IMG/VR virus record: IMGVR_UViG_2667527770_000005
Span: 1 to 64,000 of that record
DNA length: 64,000 nt
Origin: a virus
Lineage: Duplodnaviria > Heunggongvirae > Uroviricota > Caudoviricetes
Reading direction: 5' to 3' (one strand)
Program-made: the position numbers and the translations under genes
Notes under the pieces: model-generated
Told to the model about the DNA's origin: nothing
What the model saw: only the letters and a program-made list of their open reading frames with translations
Database searches by the model: none
Shown: piece after piece, positions 1 through 10,670 of the stretch
Position numbering within the stretch: position 1 is the stretch's first letter
How the letters are laid out: each line of letters opens with the position of its first letter

Positions 1-89
1 CCCCCGGTGATCCCGCCGTTGAAAGTCTGGCGTGCACTCCACGTGTTAGCCGTGCTCAACAGGGGGATCTTTTCACCGCTGGTACCGAG

Positions 90-115
90 TTCTCTTAAAC
101 CAAGGTTTAGGATTG
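90..115. other. cix-like crossover site for Cin (boundary of invertible tail-fibre C segment lying left of the window)
   Basis: TTCTCTTAAACCAAGGTTTAGGATTG resembles the hix/gix/cix crossover-site family (core AAACCAAGGTTT); overlaps the 3' end of cin. Confidence 0.6.
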
Positions 116-667
116 AAAGGATGACGCCGGAAACTTCTTATAAAGCGTGGAAACAGCCACATCATAGATGATTGCAACCTGCTTACGGGGGATGCCCTTC
201 TCGAGCAATCGCCGCATTTGCTGCCATGTTTCTTCTTGGTATTTAGGCCGACGTCCACCTATACGACCTTCTGCGCGAGCTGCATCAAGTCCAGCGCGTG
301 TACGTTCAACGATAAGCTCACGTTCCATTTCTGCCAGCGCCCCCATTACGTGAAAGAAAAAGCGCCCCATTGGTGTACTGGTGTCGATGGAGTCAGTGAG
401 ACTTCGGAAGTTAATGCCTCTGTCACGCAGCTCTTCCACCAGCACAACCAAGTGACGCATGCTGCGCCCAAGACGATCTAACTTCCATACGACCAGGGTG
501 TCACCTCTGGAAAGAATACGCAGAACCTTTTTTAACCCTGGGCGTTCAGCCTTTTTGCCGCTCGCCTTATCCTCAAAAATTAGCTCACATCCTGCGCTTT
601 CTAGGGCATTTCGTTGTAAAGCAGTGTTTTGTTCATTTGTTGATACGCGCACATAGCCAATTAGCAT
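107..667 (-). CDS. cin: Cin site-specific DNA invertase (serine recombinase, Hin/Gin/Cin family)
   Basis: 186-aa ORF beginning MLIGYVRVSTNEQ (catalytic Ser10 motif), resolvase/invertase fold with C-terminal HTH; adjacent cix-like site. Confidence 0.92.
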   Translation of the reverse strand: MLIGYVRVSTNEQNTALQRNALESAGCELIFEDKASGKKAERPGLKKVLRILSRGDTLVVWKLDRLGRSMRHLVVLVEELRDRGINFRSLTDSIDTSTPMGRFFFHVMGALAEMERELIVERTRAGLDAARAEGRIGGRRPKYQEETWQQMRRLLEKGIPRKQVAIIYDVAVSTLYKKFPASSFQS

Positions 668-794
668 ATTTTTTGCTCACTATCGTTATTTATAGCAAGC
701 TGCGGATTTTAATTAACAAAAACCAGTATGTGTGGAAATCACAAAGTACATACCGTTCCCCAATGATGATTAACTAAAAATTTGATAGGTTTTT

Positions 795-1076
795 ATGCTT
801 GACTTAACAATTTTATTTTTATCTATCTTTGGTGGAGTGCATTCGTTTCTGAATGGGGTTCGTGAAAAACGTTACGAAGCGTCATGCAGACAATTGCTGG
901 ACGAGTGTATTTCCGCCGTACTTGCAGGCTTTATAGGCATGTATTTCGCGGAATATAAGGGTATGGATGAAAATCTTCAGAATTGCGTGACTATTATTTG
1001 CAGCATCAATAACAGACTCATTCTTGAAAGGTTACAAAGGATTATCGATTCGTACCTCAATAGAATAGCCTCTTAA
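795..1076 (+). CDS. small holin-like membrane protein (LydC-like by position)
   Basis: 93-aa ORF with two hydrophobic helices; lies between cin and the dar operon. Confidence 0.45.
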   Translation: MLDLTILFLSIFGGVHSFLNGVREKRYEASCRQLLDECISAVLAGFIGMYFAEYKGMDENLQNCVTIICSINNRLILERLQRIIDSYLNRIAS

Positions 1077-1143
1077 GCAACAAATGACCGGTTGAGAAGT
1101 TACTTTGCATACCATTACCTCCTGACAACGTAGGAGGGAACTT

Positions 1144-1473
1144 GTGCTTGACACACAGGAATTAGCTCCAGTTGCTATTGCGCTCCTGCTTTCAGTAATT
1201 GGTGGGATAGGCACGTTCCTGATGGATGTCCGAGACGGTCGCCAGTCTGGCAATTTGTTGGGATTGGTTACGGAGATCTTTGTTGCAGTGACAGCTGGCG
1301 CGGTGGCGTACCTATTGGGGCAACACGAGGGCTGGGAGTTATCAATTACGTACTTAATGGTAACGATAGCCAGCAATAACGGTCATGAGGTGATTTCAGG
1401 GATGAAACGAGTGAATATCGATAGCATTCTGAATGTTCTTACAAGTTTGGTGAAAAAGGGAGGTGGGAAATGA
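1144..1473 (+). CDS. holin-like membrane protein (LydD-like by position)
   Basis: 109-aa ORF with multiple predicted TM segments (VAIALLLSVIGGIGTFLM, IFVAVTAGAVAYLL). Confidence 0.45.
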   Translation: MLDTQELAPVAIALLLSVIGGIGTFLMDVRDGRQSGNLLGLVTEIFVAVTAGAVAYLLGQHEGWELSITYLMVTIASNNGHEVISGMKRVNIDSILNVLTSLVKKGGGK

Positions 1474-1913
1474 TTGGCTGGGGTGTATGCGCTCTTGCGT
1501 TAGCCTTAGCCGATCGCTATTTGCTAAAACGCAAGGACATCACGCATTTAGAACTTGGTGATGTGGAAATTAAACCGGGTTTCATCCGGGTGCCGTTCAA
1601 ATACCGGTCTAAATTCCCGTTTTTGCGCGGCGCAACGGTCAGATATTGGATCCGCGATGTTCAGAAGCCGACGACAGTTATTGAAGGCGAACAACGTTGT
1701 CTGACGTCGGCTGAACAGGGCGAAAACAGTGAATGGTTGTACATACCCACTGAATATATGGGTAAAGGAGAGCGACTGTGGCATTTCAACGTCATGGTTA
1801 CGCATGGCGACTCGTTCATTAACCCGTTGTATCGGATTTTCCCTGTTACTCAGCAAATCCGCAGAAGTTACGTAATAAATCTCGCACAGGATGTGTCAGA
1901 TGACGAAAAATAA
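1470..1913 (+). CDS. membrane-anchored protein (LydE-like by position)
   Basis: 147-aa ORF with N-terminal hydrophobic anchor; 4-nt overlap with upstream ORF. Confidence 0.4.
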   Translation: MIGWGVCALALALADRYLLKRKDITHLELGDVEIKPGFIRVPFKYRSKFPFLRGATVRYWIRDVQKPTTVIEGEQRCLTSAEQGENSEWLYIPTEYMGKGERLWHFNVMVTHGDSFINPLYRIFPVTQQIRRSYVINLAQDVSDDEK

Positions 1914-2502
1914 GTATGCAACGGTCGATTTTGACCAAGTTAATGAAAAGGGGCTGAAATCCCTTATCGCGGCGATCAATAAAACCGGGGTTACGGTAAT
2001 TGAGGTTGACTCCAGCAACCGCGCAACAACGAAAGATGGCGTTAAAGTTAAAACCGCAAAGCTGGTTCTTAACGACGGACAAATTCTTGCCATACAGGTA
2101 AACGATACTGGCGATATATCGTCTGTGAAACTGAATGGAAAATCTATTCCTAACGCTCAGTCGCCGGATATCAAGACGCTTGGTACCGTCATGGGACAGG
2201 CGGCCCGCAAAAACTCCGCAAAATTCCAGAAATCACTGATCGCCAAAGCGAAGCGTGTTGCCAATCCGGTAGACAAGAAACCGGCAGTTAAATCCAACTT
2301 TCAGCGCCTGCAAGAAGCAAAACAGCGGAATGCTCAGGTGGTTGCCGCTTATAAGTCCGCGCAGAATTCGGTGTCTTTCAATCAACAGCAGATCACTGAT
2401 TTGCGGGCGAAGCTGGATAAGGAGACGGGCCGACTCAATAACGAAAAGGCACGGAATGGCGAACTCAAACGTCGTCTTAAGCAACTGAAAGCAGGAAATT
2501 AA
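1891..2502 (+). CDS. hdf: Hdf-like first gene of the darA operon
   Basis: 203-aa ORF immediately upstream of darA, coiled-coil C-terminus; assignment by synteny with P1 (start may be the ATG at 1900). Confidence 0.55.
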   Translation: MCQMTKNKYATVDFDQVNEKGLKSLIAAINKTGVTVIEVDSSNRATTKDGVKVKTAKLVLNDGQILAIQVNDTGDISSVKLNGKSIPNAQSPDIKTLGTVMGQAARKNSAKFQKSLIAKAKRVANPVDKKPAVKSNFQRLQEAKQRNAQVVAAYKSAQNSVSFNQQQITDLRAKLDKETGRLNNEKARNGELKRRLKQLKAGN

Positions 2503-2503
2503 C

Positions 2504-4423
2504 ATGGAACAGTTCAATATCAATAAAGGGGTGACGATCAAGCCTGGGCTAGACGTGCTTCCCCCGCCAGTGACTGATGATGAATATCGCGCATTAATGG
2601 CCGGTGAGGACCGCTATCTGATGACGGAATCCAACACCCTGGAGGAAATCGAGGCTACGTTCTTCTATGACACGCCGATCCACTGGTGTGCTACGGATTT
2701 ACTGGAGGCGATTAGTTCTACTCGTTTGCAGTTACACCGGACCATGCAGGCATTTGTCCGGGCATTGAACCAGAAGCTGAATGGTACCGGAATCTCTGCG
2801 GGGAGTGATAAAACGGGGGATGTGGCCCAGAGCGGCGCGCGCGCGATCGGCGGCGCTGAAATTGGTCGGGCACGTAACGTTAACGGACTGCCGGTCCTGC
2901 CAGCCATTATTCCGCTCAGTGATGGTCAGACTATCAGCATTCTGTTTCATAGCCCGACAGCGGAAAACCGGATCACCAATAGCGATACGCTGGTTGCTTT
3001 CCAGTTCTTACTGAATAAAAAAGACGTTACTCACACCGTTGCTCCGATGAGTGGACGTGATATGACGCTGGCGCAGGTCACTATGAAACTTGCCAACCTT
3101 GCAGAGAAAAACTCGGCAAAATTCCAGCGTGCGCAGAAGAAGAAAAAAGCCCTGGTTGATGAAATAACCCAACTACAGGCTGACAGTGACCAGAAAGAGG
3201 ATGCCATGAGCGACCTCGCGGATCAGGTGGCAGCGGTAGAAGGGCAGAAGGCAGATCTGGAGCAGAAAATTAACGCTGTTGCATCGGAAGCGGATTCTCT
3301 TTATGAAGAGAATGAGCGTTTGCAGACGGAGATTGATCAGCTCAATCGCACTGGTGGGCGCGATACCATTGCTCCAGCGGGGATGACTGGTGGGCACTCT
3401 CGCGCGCTGACGGATCGCCTTGCCAGTATCAAAAATCGTATGCATATGAACGGGGAAGTGACGCTCAGTAATGGAGCATCAATGAAGCAATTCATTGAGG
3501 ACGGCGAAGGGTATATCCAGTTAACCGATTCGGATGGCAGCGTGTACATGATCAAGGCTAAATCCATACAGGGTGTGGACATGGCAGATGCGATCGGCAA
3601 GCTGTTTAAAGCCTATAAAGCGGGTAATGTATCGGAATATCTGGTCCAACCAGAAGAACATAAACCGGAAAACGTCGAACCTGAACCAGCGGAGGATACC
3701 GGTAGCTCTTCGCCTGAACCAGAAGTCTCTGTAGGTGCATATCGATATGCCTTGCAAATGCGTCCGGCGGCCCCTGGCGCAATACCTGAAGGCAACAAAG
3801 CAATTCTGCCGCGCCCTGATGAAGGTGACCCGTATTATGAATATGCACGCTACGGCATTGCTACTTACGATACCCCGCTTTCTGATCAGCAAATGAGTGA
3901 GTACGACCTGAAGTTATTGCCTCGCGAGGATTCTTTCGACTTCCTGGCGAAGACACTTACTAATGGTCCGTTTGGCAAATATGCACAAAAAGCTCTGGAT
4001 CTGGCCACCAGCTCACCAGACGAGTTCCGCGTAATGCTGAAAACTCAGTTTCAAAAAACTTTCCCCAATATTGCGTTTCCGGGTGGCGCTGGCACCGAGA
4101 AAATGGTGCAGAGCATGATCAATGCATTGCAGGCCGAAGTCGGTGAGATTACTCAGCCAGAACCGGCCCCGGCACAGCCTGATGAAACGGTTAGCGAAGC
4201 AGATGCAGAGGCTAATAAAGCCATTGAATATCTCAATAACGTGATGGATATGCAAAGCACTGACATGGCGGAGATCCGTAACGCCCGGGGCAATGTCCGG
4301 GAAGCGATTGCAGCCCTTCAGGCTGCCGGGCGTTTTGAGGAAAACGAAGAGCTGGTTAATGGCGCTGCTCGCCACCTGGCTGATCTGCTGGTAGCAATCC
4401 AGAAAGCGGGGGTAGCGGCATGA
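2504..4423 (+). CDS. darA: DarA, anti-restriction head internal protein
   Basis: 639-aa ORF; size and position in the hdf-darA-ddrA-ddrB operon match P1 DarA as I recall it. Confidence 0.75.
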   Translation: MEQFNINKGVTIKPGLDVLPPPVTDDEYRALMAGEDRYLMTESNTLEEIEATFFYDTPIHWCATDLLEAISSTRLQLHRTMQAFVRALNQKLNGTGISAGSDKTGDVAQSGARAIGGAEIGRARNVNGLPVLPAIIPLSDGQTISILFHSPTAENRITNSDTLVAFQFLLNKKDVTHTVAPMSGRDMTLAQVTMKLANLAEKNSAKFQRAQKKKKALVDEITQLQADSDQKEDAMSDLADQVAAVEGQKADLEQKINAVASEADSLYEENERLQTEIDQLNRTGGRDTIAPAGMTGGHSRALTDRLASIKNRMHMNGEVTLSNGASMKQFIEDGEGYIQLTDSDGSVYMIKAKSIQGVDMADAIGKLFKAYKAGNVSEYLVQPEEHKPENVEPEPAEDTGSSSPEPEVSVGAYRYALQMRPAAPGAIPEGNKAILPRPDEGDPYYEYARYGIATYDTPLSDQQMSEYDLKLLPREDSFDFLAKTLTNGPFGKYAQKALDLATSSPDEFRVMLKTQFQKTFPNIAFPGGAGTEKMVQSMINALQAEVGEITQPEPAPAQPDETVSEADAEANKAIEYLNNVMDMQSTDMAEIRNARGNVREAIAALQAAGRFEENEELVNGAARHLADLLVAIQKAGVAA

Positions 4424-4785
4424 CACTATCAGCTATTGAGTTAATGGATCTCAGCGATAAGTTGGATGCTCTGATGTCCAAAGCGGCTACCGCGAGTGGC
4501 ATGGAGTTGCTGGATATCAGCGATGAAATTGACCAGATCATGCAACAGATGGGGTACGGCGCGTCCGGCGGCGGTAGTGGCGAGGAAAAACAACCTTCGG
4601 TACATGATGGTGTGCCAAAACTGGTTGCTGATTTCCTGGCTGATAAATTCGTCGATCAGAGCACCGATGCATTTATCGGTACGTTGCAGGACTTGAGTCA
4701 ATATGTTGGCACATACATCGATCTGGACCAGGTTAAACAACACACGGCGGCATGGATAGCCGCTAACATTAAAGAGGCAGCATAA
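4420..4785 (+). CDS. ddrA: DdrA-like dar operon protein
   Basis: 121-aa ORF, 4-nt overlap with darA stop (translational coupling). Confidence 0.6.
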   Translation: MTLSAIELMDLSDKLDALMSKAATASGMELLDISDEIDQIMQQMGYGASGGGSGEEKQPSVHDGVPKLVADFLADKFVDQSTDAFIGTLQDLSQYVGTYIDLDQVKQHTAAWIAANIKEAA

Positions 4786-4797
4786 GGCGTAACAGGG

Positions 4798-7785
4798 ATG
4801 AGCTTAAGCGATCAGGTGGTGATGGCCACCAGCATAGAAACGCTGATCGAGCTGCTAAAAAACCTGCCCGATTACGGGCGGGTTTCGTATGTGGTGACAG
4901 CGAAGGGAGACGAGGTAAAAACAGCGTTTGATATCGTCGATGCCTCAGCTCTTTTGGTATCCAATACTCTGGACGGGAAAATTAATCCGGACTATCCCCA
5001 GGAACTTCAGCCGCGCGACCGGACCCGCGCATCCAGCCTTCTTCAGGTCAACCAGATATCCAAGGATTTGCGGCCTGCTCAGCTTACCGATTCCGGTTTA
5101 TCCAGCCATGGCGCGCCGATAATTGGTGAGGACAATGCCGTTGAGTCAGGTAATGGACGGACCATGGGGATCATCAAAGCCTATCAGGACGGCAATGCGG
5201 ATCGGTATCGTGAGTACCTGATTGAACATGCGACCGAATTCGGCATACGACCTGAAAAGGTTGAATCAATGACGGCTCCGGTACTGGTGCGCCGCCGGTT
5301 AACGAAGGTTGACCGTGTTCAGTTTGCCAAGGACTCAAATATTTCTGATCTCCAGGAAATGGCAGCCAGTGAAAAGGCTTTTGTTGATGCCGACAGCATA
5401 ACTCCGGCGATGATGGCGCTGTTTAACCCATCAGAAAGCGGAGATCTGCTTAGCCGCAGTAATGACGCGTTTATTCGCGGATTCATGACGCAAGTTGGTG
5501 CCACACAGGCTGCTGGCCTTGTAACGGAAGATGGGCGACCAACACGACAACTTGTTGACCGTATACAAAACGCGATCTTTGCCAAGGCATATAAGGATGC
5601 GCGCCTGGTAAGAATGGTTGCAGAAGAACCTGATCCGGATATGCGTAATGTTCTGACGGCGCTTAATGCGGCAGCCAATGATTTTGTCCAGATGCAGGCT
5701 TTATCAGGAGAAGCGCACAAGCAGGCTGTGACAACTATCGTTGATGGTATTGAAACAGCGGATAGCCTCGATAAAAAGGCGCTGGCGGCATTGAAAGATG
5801 CGGTAGACCTGGTAAGGCAATCGAAGGAGTCAGGCCAACATATTAACGATGTTATTGCTCAGGGGGATATGTTCAGCGAAACAGCCCCGGAAGTGAAAGC
5901 TCTCGCGTTGTTCATCGTCGCGAATAACCGTAGCGCGAAGCGTATGGCCACCGCCTTTAAATTGATGGCTCAACGTATCAATGATGAGTTACAGCACCAG
6001 GGCCAGGCGCTGGGGGATATGTTTGGCGGTGGTGATGTGTCGTTACAGGATATCCTTCGCCAGGTGTCTCAGGAACTGGAAAACGAAGGCATGCAAGGGA
6101 TATCCGGCGGTCTTTTCGAGTCCGTTTCCGGCGGTAGTTACAACGGCGTTGCTCCATATACCAGTTTGCTATTGCATCGGGCATCCGGCACCAAAGACAT
6201 TATTCATCTGATCAGGCTGCTTTCCCGTACAGATCCCCAGGATGAACAGCTTGTTCAAGTGCTTGCGCATTTTGTTCGAATGCCTGTTGCCGACGTGAAA
6301 AAATGGTGCCGATTATTCGGTATCAGCAATTCGTTACTTCGCGGCTTGTTAAATCACGCATCCTCCCTTGGGCGCGATGGCTTTGACGAGATAGCGCAGG
6401 CGATAAAAAACGGAGATATGCCACCAGCTATTGACTGGTTTTCCATTCGCCCAACCAGGGTGAAAGCATTCCTTAGCGCGGCGCATACGGCATCACCATT
6501 GGCAGAAATGGTTCAGAGGTTGTCGCTCATATTCACAGACCATACCGCGTTGGGTGATCTGACTCTGGACGAGATGAAAGAAGCCTCCATTCAGTGGGCC
6601 GATCAACAAAATGAGGTTAACTCTGACTTCTTGCCAGCATTCAGGAAGGCCGTTAGTAAAGCTGATGATGCCCGTGGAATTCTGAAGGCATTTAAGGCAT
6701 TGCAAAGTCAGGTTAATAAACATGTCGGTGATATCGATGGGGTAACGGCGGAAGGCAGGGATATCCTTAAAGAGCACGGCATAACGCCAGAGTTTATTGA
6801 TGAGATCAGGACTGATATGCAGCGTGAGGTCGTATCGTCACTGCAAATCGTAGCCAGAGCGTTGGCGGATGCTAATCCGAAGAGTGCGGCCATTGTTAAC
6901 CGTGTTATTGGTGATATTGAAGCATCGGAGGGCATGGGGGCGCTGAAACTCTTCCTTTCGCGAGCGTTTAATCCTAACGGCAATATTCTCCCCGGCATTA
7001 TTGGTGAGGCTAAAAAGTATGTCAGCGAAGAAGAACTTGAGCAGCTTGACCAACTACTTAAGCGATTCTCATATAACCCGCAGACACGCTGGCAAATGAA
7101 TCAGCGAAGAATGGGTTCGGTCCACGAGAAAGTGTTATCTGCCATGAACAGTGCGATCGCAAACTCATCCGTATCTGAAGAAAAAGCTCTTGAGTGGGCC
7201 GACTCTTTTATCACGGAAGAAGTGGAAGAAGCCCGCGCTGGACAGAATGGTGGGATAGACCTGCGCAAGGAACTTGCTGATATTTATCGCCTGACCGGCG
7301 GTAAAATTTCGACCTTATCAAAGGTGGTTCACCACCAGGGAAGGGCATATGCAAATCTTAATGGTGTTGTTGCTGTCAATTTGAACGATGAAAATGCAAG
7401 TGCACTGTGGCACGAGCTGGGTCATCATCTTGAGTACAGTAACCCTGGTTTGTTAGAGAAAGCCCGGTCATTCCTGAAGGCCAATGTTGAAGGGGATAAG
7501 CCATCTTTCGTTAATATCGGTGGGCGTGGCAAGCCTGAATGGTGCTTCAGATCTCGATTGAGTAATATTTATATGGCGAAGGTATACCCGCCAGCCTCAG
7601 TAAGTAACACCGGGAAAATTCGGCAGAAATCACCGACTATTTCCAAAACGTCAGCAACGGAAGTATTCTCTATGGCTCTTCAGTTGTATCATGACAAAGA
7701 GGCCGCTGCCGCATCACTGATGAATGGTGACGGATTGCTGGAACTGTTATTAGGTGTGGCAAAGGAGCTAAATAATGCAGATTAA
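4798..7785 (+). CDS. ddrB: DdrB-like large dar operon protein
   Basis: 995-aa ORF following ddrA; assignment by size and synteny. Confidence 0.65.
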   Translation: MSLSDQVVMATSIETLIELLKNLPDYGRVSYVVTAKGDEVKTAFDIVDASALLVSNTLDGKINPDYPQELQPRDRTRASSLLQVNQISKDLRPAQLTDSGLSSHGAPIIGEDNAVESGNGRTMGIIKAYQDGNADRYREYLIEHATEFGIRPEKVESMTAPVLVRRRLTKVDRVQFAKDSNISDLQEMAASEKAFVDADSITPAMMALFNPSESGDLLSRSNDAFIRGFMTQVGATQAAGLVTEDGRPTRQLVDRIQNAIFAKAYKDARLVRMVAEEPDPDMRNVLTALNAAANDFVQMQALSGEAHKQAVTTIVDGIETADSLDKKALAALKDAVDLVRQSKESGQHINDVIAQGDMFSETAPEVKALALFIVANNRSAKRMATAFKLMAQRINDELQHQGQALGDMFGGGDVSLQDILRQVSQELENEGMQGISGGLFESVSGGSYNGVAPYTSLLLHRASGTKDIIHLIRLLSRTDPQDEQLVQVLAHFVRMPVADVKKWCRLFGISNSLLRGLLNHASSLGRDGFDEIAQAIKNGDMPPAIDWFSIRPTRVKAFLSAAHTASPLAEMVQRLSLIFTDHTALGDLTLDEMKEASIQWADQQNEVNSDFLPAFRKAVSKADDARGILKAFKALQSQVNKHVGDIDGVTAEGRDILKEHGITPEFIDEIRTDMQREVVSSLQIVARALADANPKSAAIVNRVIGDIEASEGMGALKLFLSRAFNPNGNILPGIIGEAKKYVSEEELEQLDQLLKRFSYNPQTRWQMNQRRMGSVHEKVLSAMNSAIANSSVSEEKALEWADSFITEEVEEARAGQNGGIDLRKELADIYRLTGGKISTLSKVVHHQGRAYANLNGVVAVNLNDENASALWHELGHHLEYSNPGLLEKARSFLKANVEGDKPSFVNIGGRGKPEWCFRSRLSNIYMAKVYPPASVSNTGKIRQKSPTISKTSATEVFSMALQLYHDKEAAAASLMNGDGLLELLLGVAKELNNAD

Positions 7786-8086
7786 AATCGCAGCGCCATT
7801 AGGCGGAGATGCCATTATCGAATTTGATGATAATGAAGAAGTTTCCGGGCGTTTAAGCATTATCTCCGGTGACATTACCGAGGACATGATCGCTGAAGCC
7901 ATAGCTGGGGCAAATCCCAATAGCTATATGGGATTCGTTAACACCCTTGATGCTCCCGCAAGTGATGTTCTCCGAACGCTGCATCTTTACGCTGGCTGGT
8001 TTGTTGATTGGCCAGCAGTAGATGGTGGCGATGATGACGACGACGATGATGATTTTGGTGATCATGTAGACCAGATCGTATATTAA
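7775..8086 (+). CDS. small acidic protein ending in a poly-Asp tract, last gene of dar operon
   Basis: 103-aa ORF with GGDDDDDDDDFGD C-terminal region; overlaps ddrB stop. Confidence 0.45.
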   Translation: MQIKIAAPLGGDAIIEFDDNEEVSGRLSIISGDITEDMIAEAIAGANPNSYMGFVNTLDAPASDVLRTLHLYAGWFVDWPAVDGGDDDDDDDDFGDHVDQIVY

Positions 8087-8688
8087 CTCCCTGATTGTGC
8101 AAAAATAATCTGTTCTGATATGTTAATTGTGTACTTAAAGTAAACGCGTAGTGGCTTGCTTTAGGTTATGGAAGCAAGCCGTTACCTAATATGTTAGATC
8201 AAAAAAAATTAATTTTTGCGTTTCGCTCACCACATATTGAACACTTTAGTCGATCTTTTAATTCTTCCAGAGTCAATCCTGAAGCTACATATTGTTTAAT
8301 ATCTCTTCTTTATTGCATATTCAGAGGGTAAAGATATACACATACTAAAATGAATTAGCTTAGCTCGTTATTAATCAGGATTCGATGAGACCGCTCCATT
8401 TTAGGGAATAACATTTATAACTAAAACACATCGTCTTTAACTCTCACAATATAGATTCAATTTAATACCCAATCGGCAGTAATTAATTTGATTCTAATTT
8501 TTAAGTAGATTTCAAGTCTACATCCATTAAAGCCCTGTTAATTAACAGGCTATCTATTTTTGACAGTTATTATTTTTGTGATAATTTAATTGTTTGTCTT
8601 TTGTGCTTATTTTTGATCTATTTTGTCAATTTTTATTCTGTGAATTGAGTTTTTTCTAATAGTCCATTGGGTTTTCAAGGCTATTATT

Positions 8689-8704
8689 TGTGATTTTGAT
8701 CACA
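8689..8704. promoter_or_regulatory. CRP-like binding site upstream of porin gene
   Basis: TGTGATTTTGATCACA matches TGTGA-N6-TCACA exactly; about 120 bp upstream of the porin ATG in a very AT-rich region. Confidence 0.4.
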
Positions 8705-8816
8705 AAAATACCTTGATTTTTATTTGCAAAACTTGAAACACGAATCCAAAAAAGATAAACATTTGTCCGCAGTGACTTCTTTTCTACTGAAAAGTTCAAT
8801 CTAAAGGGCAAAAAAA

Positions 8817-9929
8817 ATGAAAAAAATCACAGTGGCACTCTCTGCGGTTGCAGCATCTGTCCTGATGGCAATGTCTGCGCAAGCAGCTGAAATCTACAAC
8901 AAAGACGGTAATAAACTGGATCTGTACGGCAAAGTTAACGCAGAACATTACTTCTCTTCTTCAGCTAGTGATGACGGAGATAAGACTTATGCTCGTCTGG
9001 GATTCAAAGGTGAAACTCAGATTAATGACCAGTTAACCGGTTTTGGTCAGTGGGAGTACGAATTTAAAGGTAACCGTACTGAATCTGAGGGCTCTGATAA
9101 AGATAAAACTCGTCTTGCATTTGCTGGCCTCCGTTTTGCTGATTATGGTTCAATCGACTATGGTCGCAACTATGGTGTAGCTTATGATATTGGCGCTTGG
9201 ACTGACGTGCTGCCTGAGTTTGGTGGAGATACCTGGACTCAGACCGATGTATTTATGACCCAGCGTGCTACTGGCGTAGCCACCTACCGTAACAATGATT
9301 TCTTCGGCCTGGTTGATGGTCTGAACTTTGCTTTGCAGTATCAAGGTAAAAATGATAGTGCTGCAAAAGTGAACAACTGGAAAGGCCGTGACGTAGTTGA
9401 ATCTAATGGTGATGGCTTTGGTCTGTCTGCTACTTACGATTATGAAGGATTTGGCGTTGGTGCAACCTATGCAAAATCTGATCGTACTGATGGGCAGGTA
9501 TCCTATGCTAAAAAGGATCCTCTGAATGCTTCTGGTAAAACTGCTGAAGTATGGGCTACTGGCCTGAAATATGACGCAAATAACATTTACCTGGCTGCAA
9601 CTTATTCTGAAACTCAGAATATGACTGTCTTCGGTGATGACTTTATCGCGAACAAGGCGAAAAACTTTGAAGCTGTTGCTCAATACCAGTTTGATTTCGG
9701 CCTGCGTCCGTCCATCGCTTATCTGCACTCTCGCGGTGAAAATATTGGTGCGTTCGGCAGCCAGGATCTGGTTGAATACATCGACTTGGGTGCGACTTAT
9801 TACTTCAACAAAAATATGTCCGCTTTCGTTGACTACAAGATCAACCTGATTGATGAAAGTGAATTTACCAAAAGATCTGAGGTTGCAACCGACAACATCG
9901 TTGCTGTTGGTATGACCTACCAATTCTAA
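8817..9929 (+). CDS. general diffusion porin (OmpC/OmpF/PhoE family), phage-borne
   Basis: 370-aa ORF; signal peptide [23 protein letters not shown] then [17 protein letters not shown], beta-barrel repeats, C-terminal ...VGMTYQF terminal Phe typical of OMPs. Confidence 0.9.
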   Translation: MKKITVALSAVAASVLMAMSAQAAEIYNKDGNKLDLYGKVNAEHYFSSSASDDGDKTYARLGFKGETQINDQLTGFGQWEYEFKGNRTESEGSDKDKTRLAFAGLRFADYGSIDYGRNYGVAYDIGAWTDVLPEFGGDTWTQTDVFMTQRATGVATYRNNDFFGLVDGLNFALQYQGKNDSAAKVNNWKGRDVVESNGDGFGLSATYDYEGFGVGATYAKSDRTDGQVSYAKKDPLNASGKTAEVWATGLKYDANNIYLAATYSETQNMTVFGDDFIANKAKNFEAVAQYQFDFGLRPSIAYLHSRGENIGAFGSQDLVEYIDLGATYYFNKNMSAFVDYKINLIDESEFTKRSEVATDNIVAVGMTYQF

Positions 9930-10084
9930 TTTTGGTAGGTAAGAATATGCGGGAAGGGAGTGATGTCACTGCCCGCATATAGGTGGCACCCTCATGCCAC
10001 CTTTGAAGAGGCAATAAAATTGCCTCTTCTCAATTTAACTTCATGTTATTTATTACCTTTTTATTAATTTGAAACTCTATTGTT

Positions 10085-10111
10085 GGGGCGCTTTGTTGCG
10101 CCCATTTTTTT
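10085..10111 (+). terminator. rho-independent terminator after porin gene
   Basis: GGGGCGC-TTTGTT-GCGCCC hairpin followed by ATTTTTTT. Confidence 0.65.
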
Positions 10112-10162
10112 ACACCAATTAGGTAAAGTTATTTTTAAGTAATCGAGCAACTTTCAGCCCTC

Positions 10163-10651
10163 TCAAAATGGAATATCGTCTTCAAAGTCCATTGGAGGTT
10201 CGCTATTGGCGTTGCTCTGAGGTTTACTGCCACCGCTGTATTGCTGGTGGTTTTGAGGTTGGTTTGACTGCCCCCAGCCATTTGAGAATTGTGAATCGTC
10301 GCGGCGAGCGCCGATCATTTGCATGGTGCCGCCCTGGCTGACGATAATTTCCGTCGTGTAACGTTCTACACCGGCGTCATCTGTCCACTTACGGGTTTTA
10401 AGTTTCCCTTCGATGTAGACCTGAGAACCTTTTCGTAAATACTCACTCGCAATTTCAGCAAGTTTTCCGAACAAAACGACTTTATGCCATTCTGTTTGCT
10501 CTTTCTGTTGGCCCGTTTGCTTGTCGCGCCATGATTCATTCGTTGCGATGCTGAGTCTTCCGACCGCTCCGCCATTTGGTATATACCTGATCTCCGGGTC
10601 TTGCCCCAGGGTACCAATCAGGATGACTTTGTTTACACCGCGTTGTGCCAC
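10163..10651 (-). CDS. ssb: single-stranded DNA-binding protein
   Basis: 162-aa ORF; OB-fold N-terminus ([20 protein letters not shown]), Gly/Gln-rich linker and acidic C-terminal tail DFEDDIPF. Confidence 0.95.
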   Translation of the reverse strand: MAQRGVNKVILIGTLGQDPEIRYIPNGGAVGRLSIATNESWRDKQTGQQKEQTEWHKVVLFGKLAEIASEYLRKGSQVYIEGKLKTRKWTDDAGVERYTTEIIVSQGGTMQMIGARRDDSQFSNGWGQSNQPQNHQQYSGGSKPQSNANSEPPMDFEDDIPF

Positions 10652-10670
10652 TTATCTTACCTAATAAAAT

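Noticed and set aside
8087-8816. AT-rich island as an insertion sequence or transposon remnant
   Set aside because: No transposase ORF or terminal inverted repeats found; it reads as a curved AT-rich regulatory region in front of the porin gene.
9150-9923. 257-aa minus-strand ORF antisense to the porin gene
   Set aside because: Shadow ORF; the porin frame on the plus strand has signal peptide and canonical porin features.
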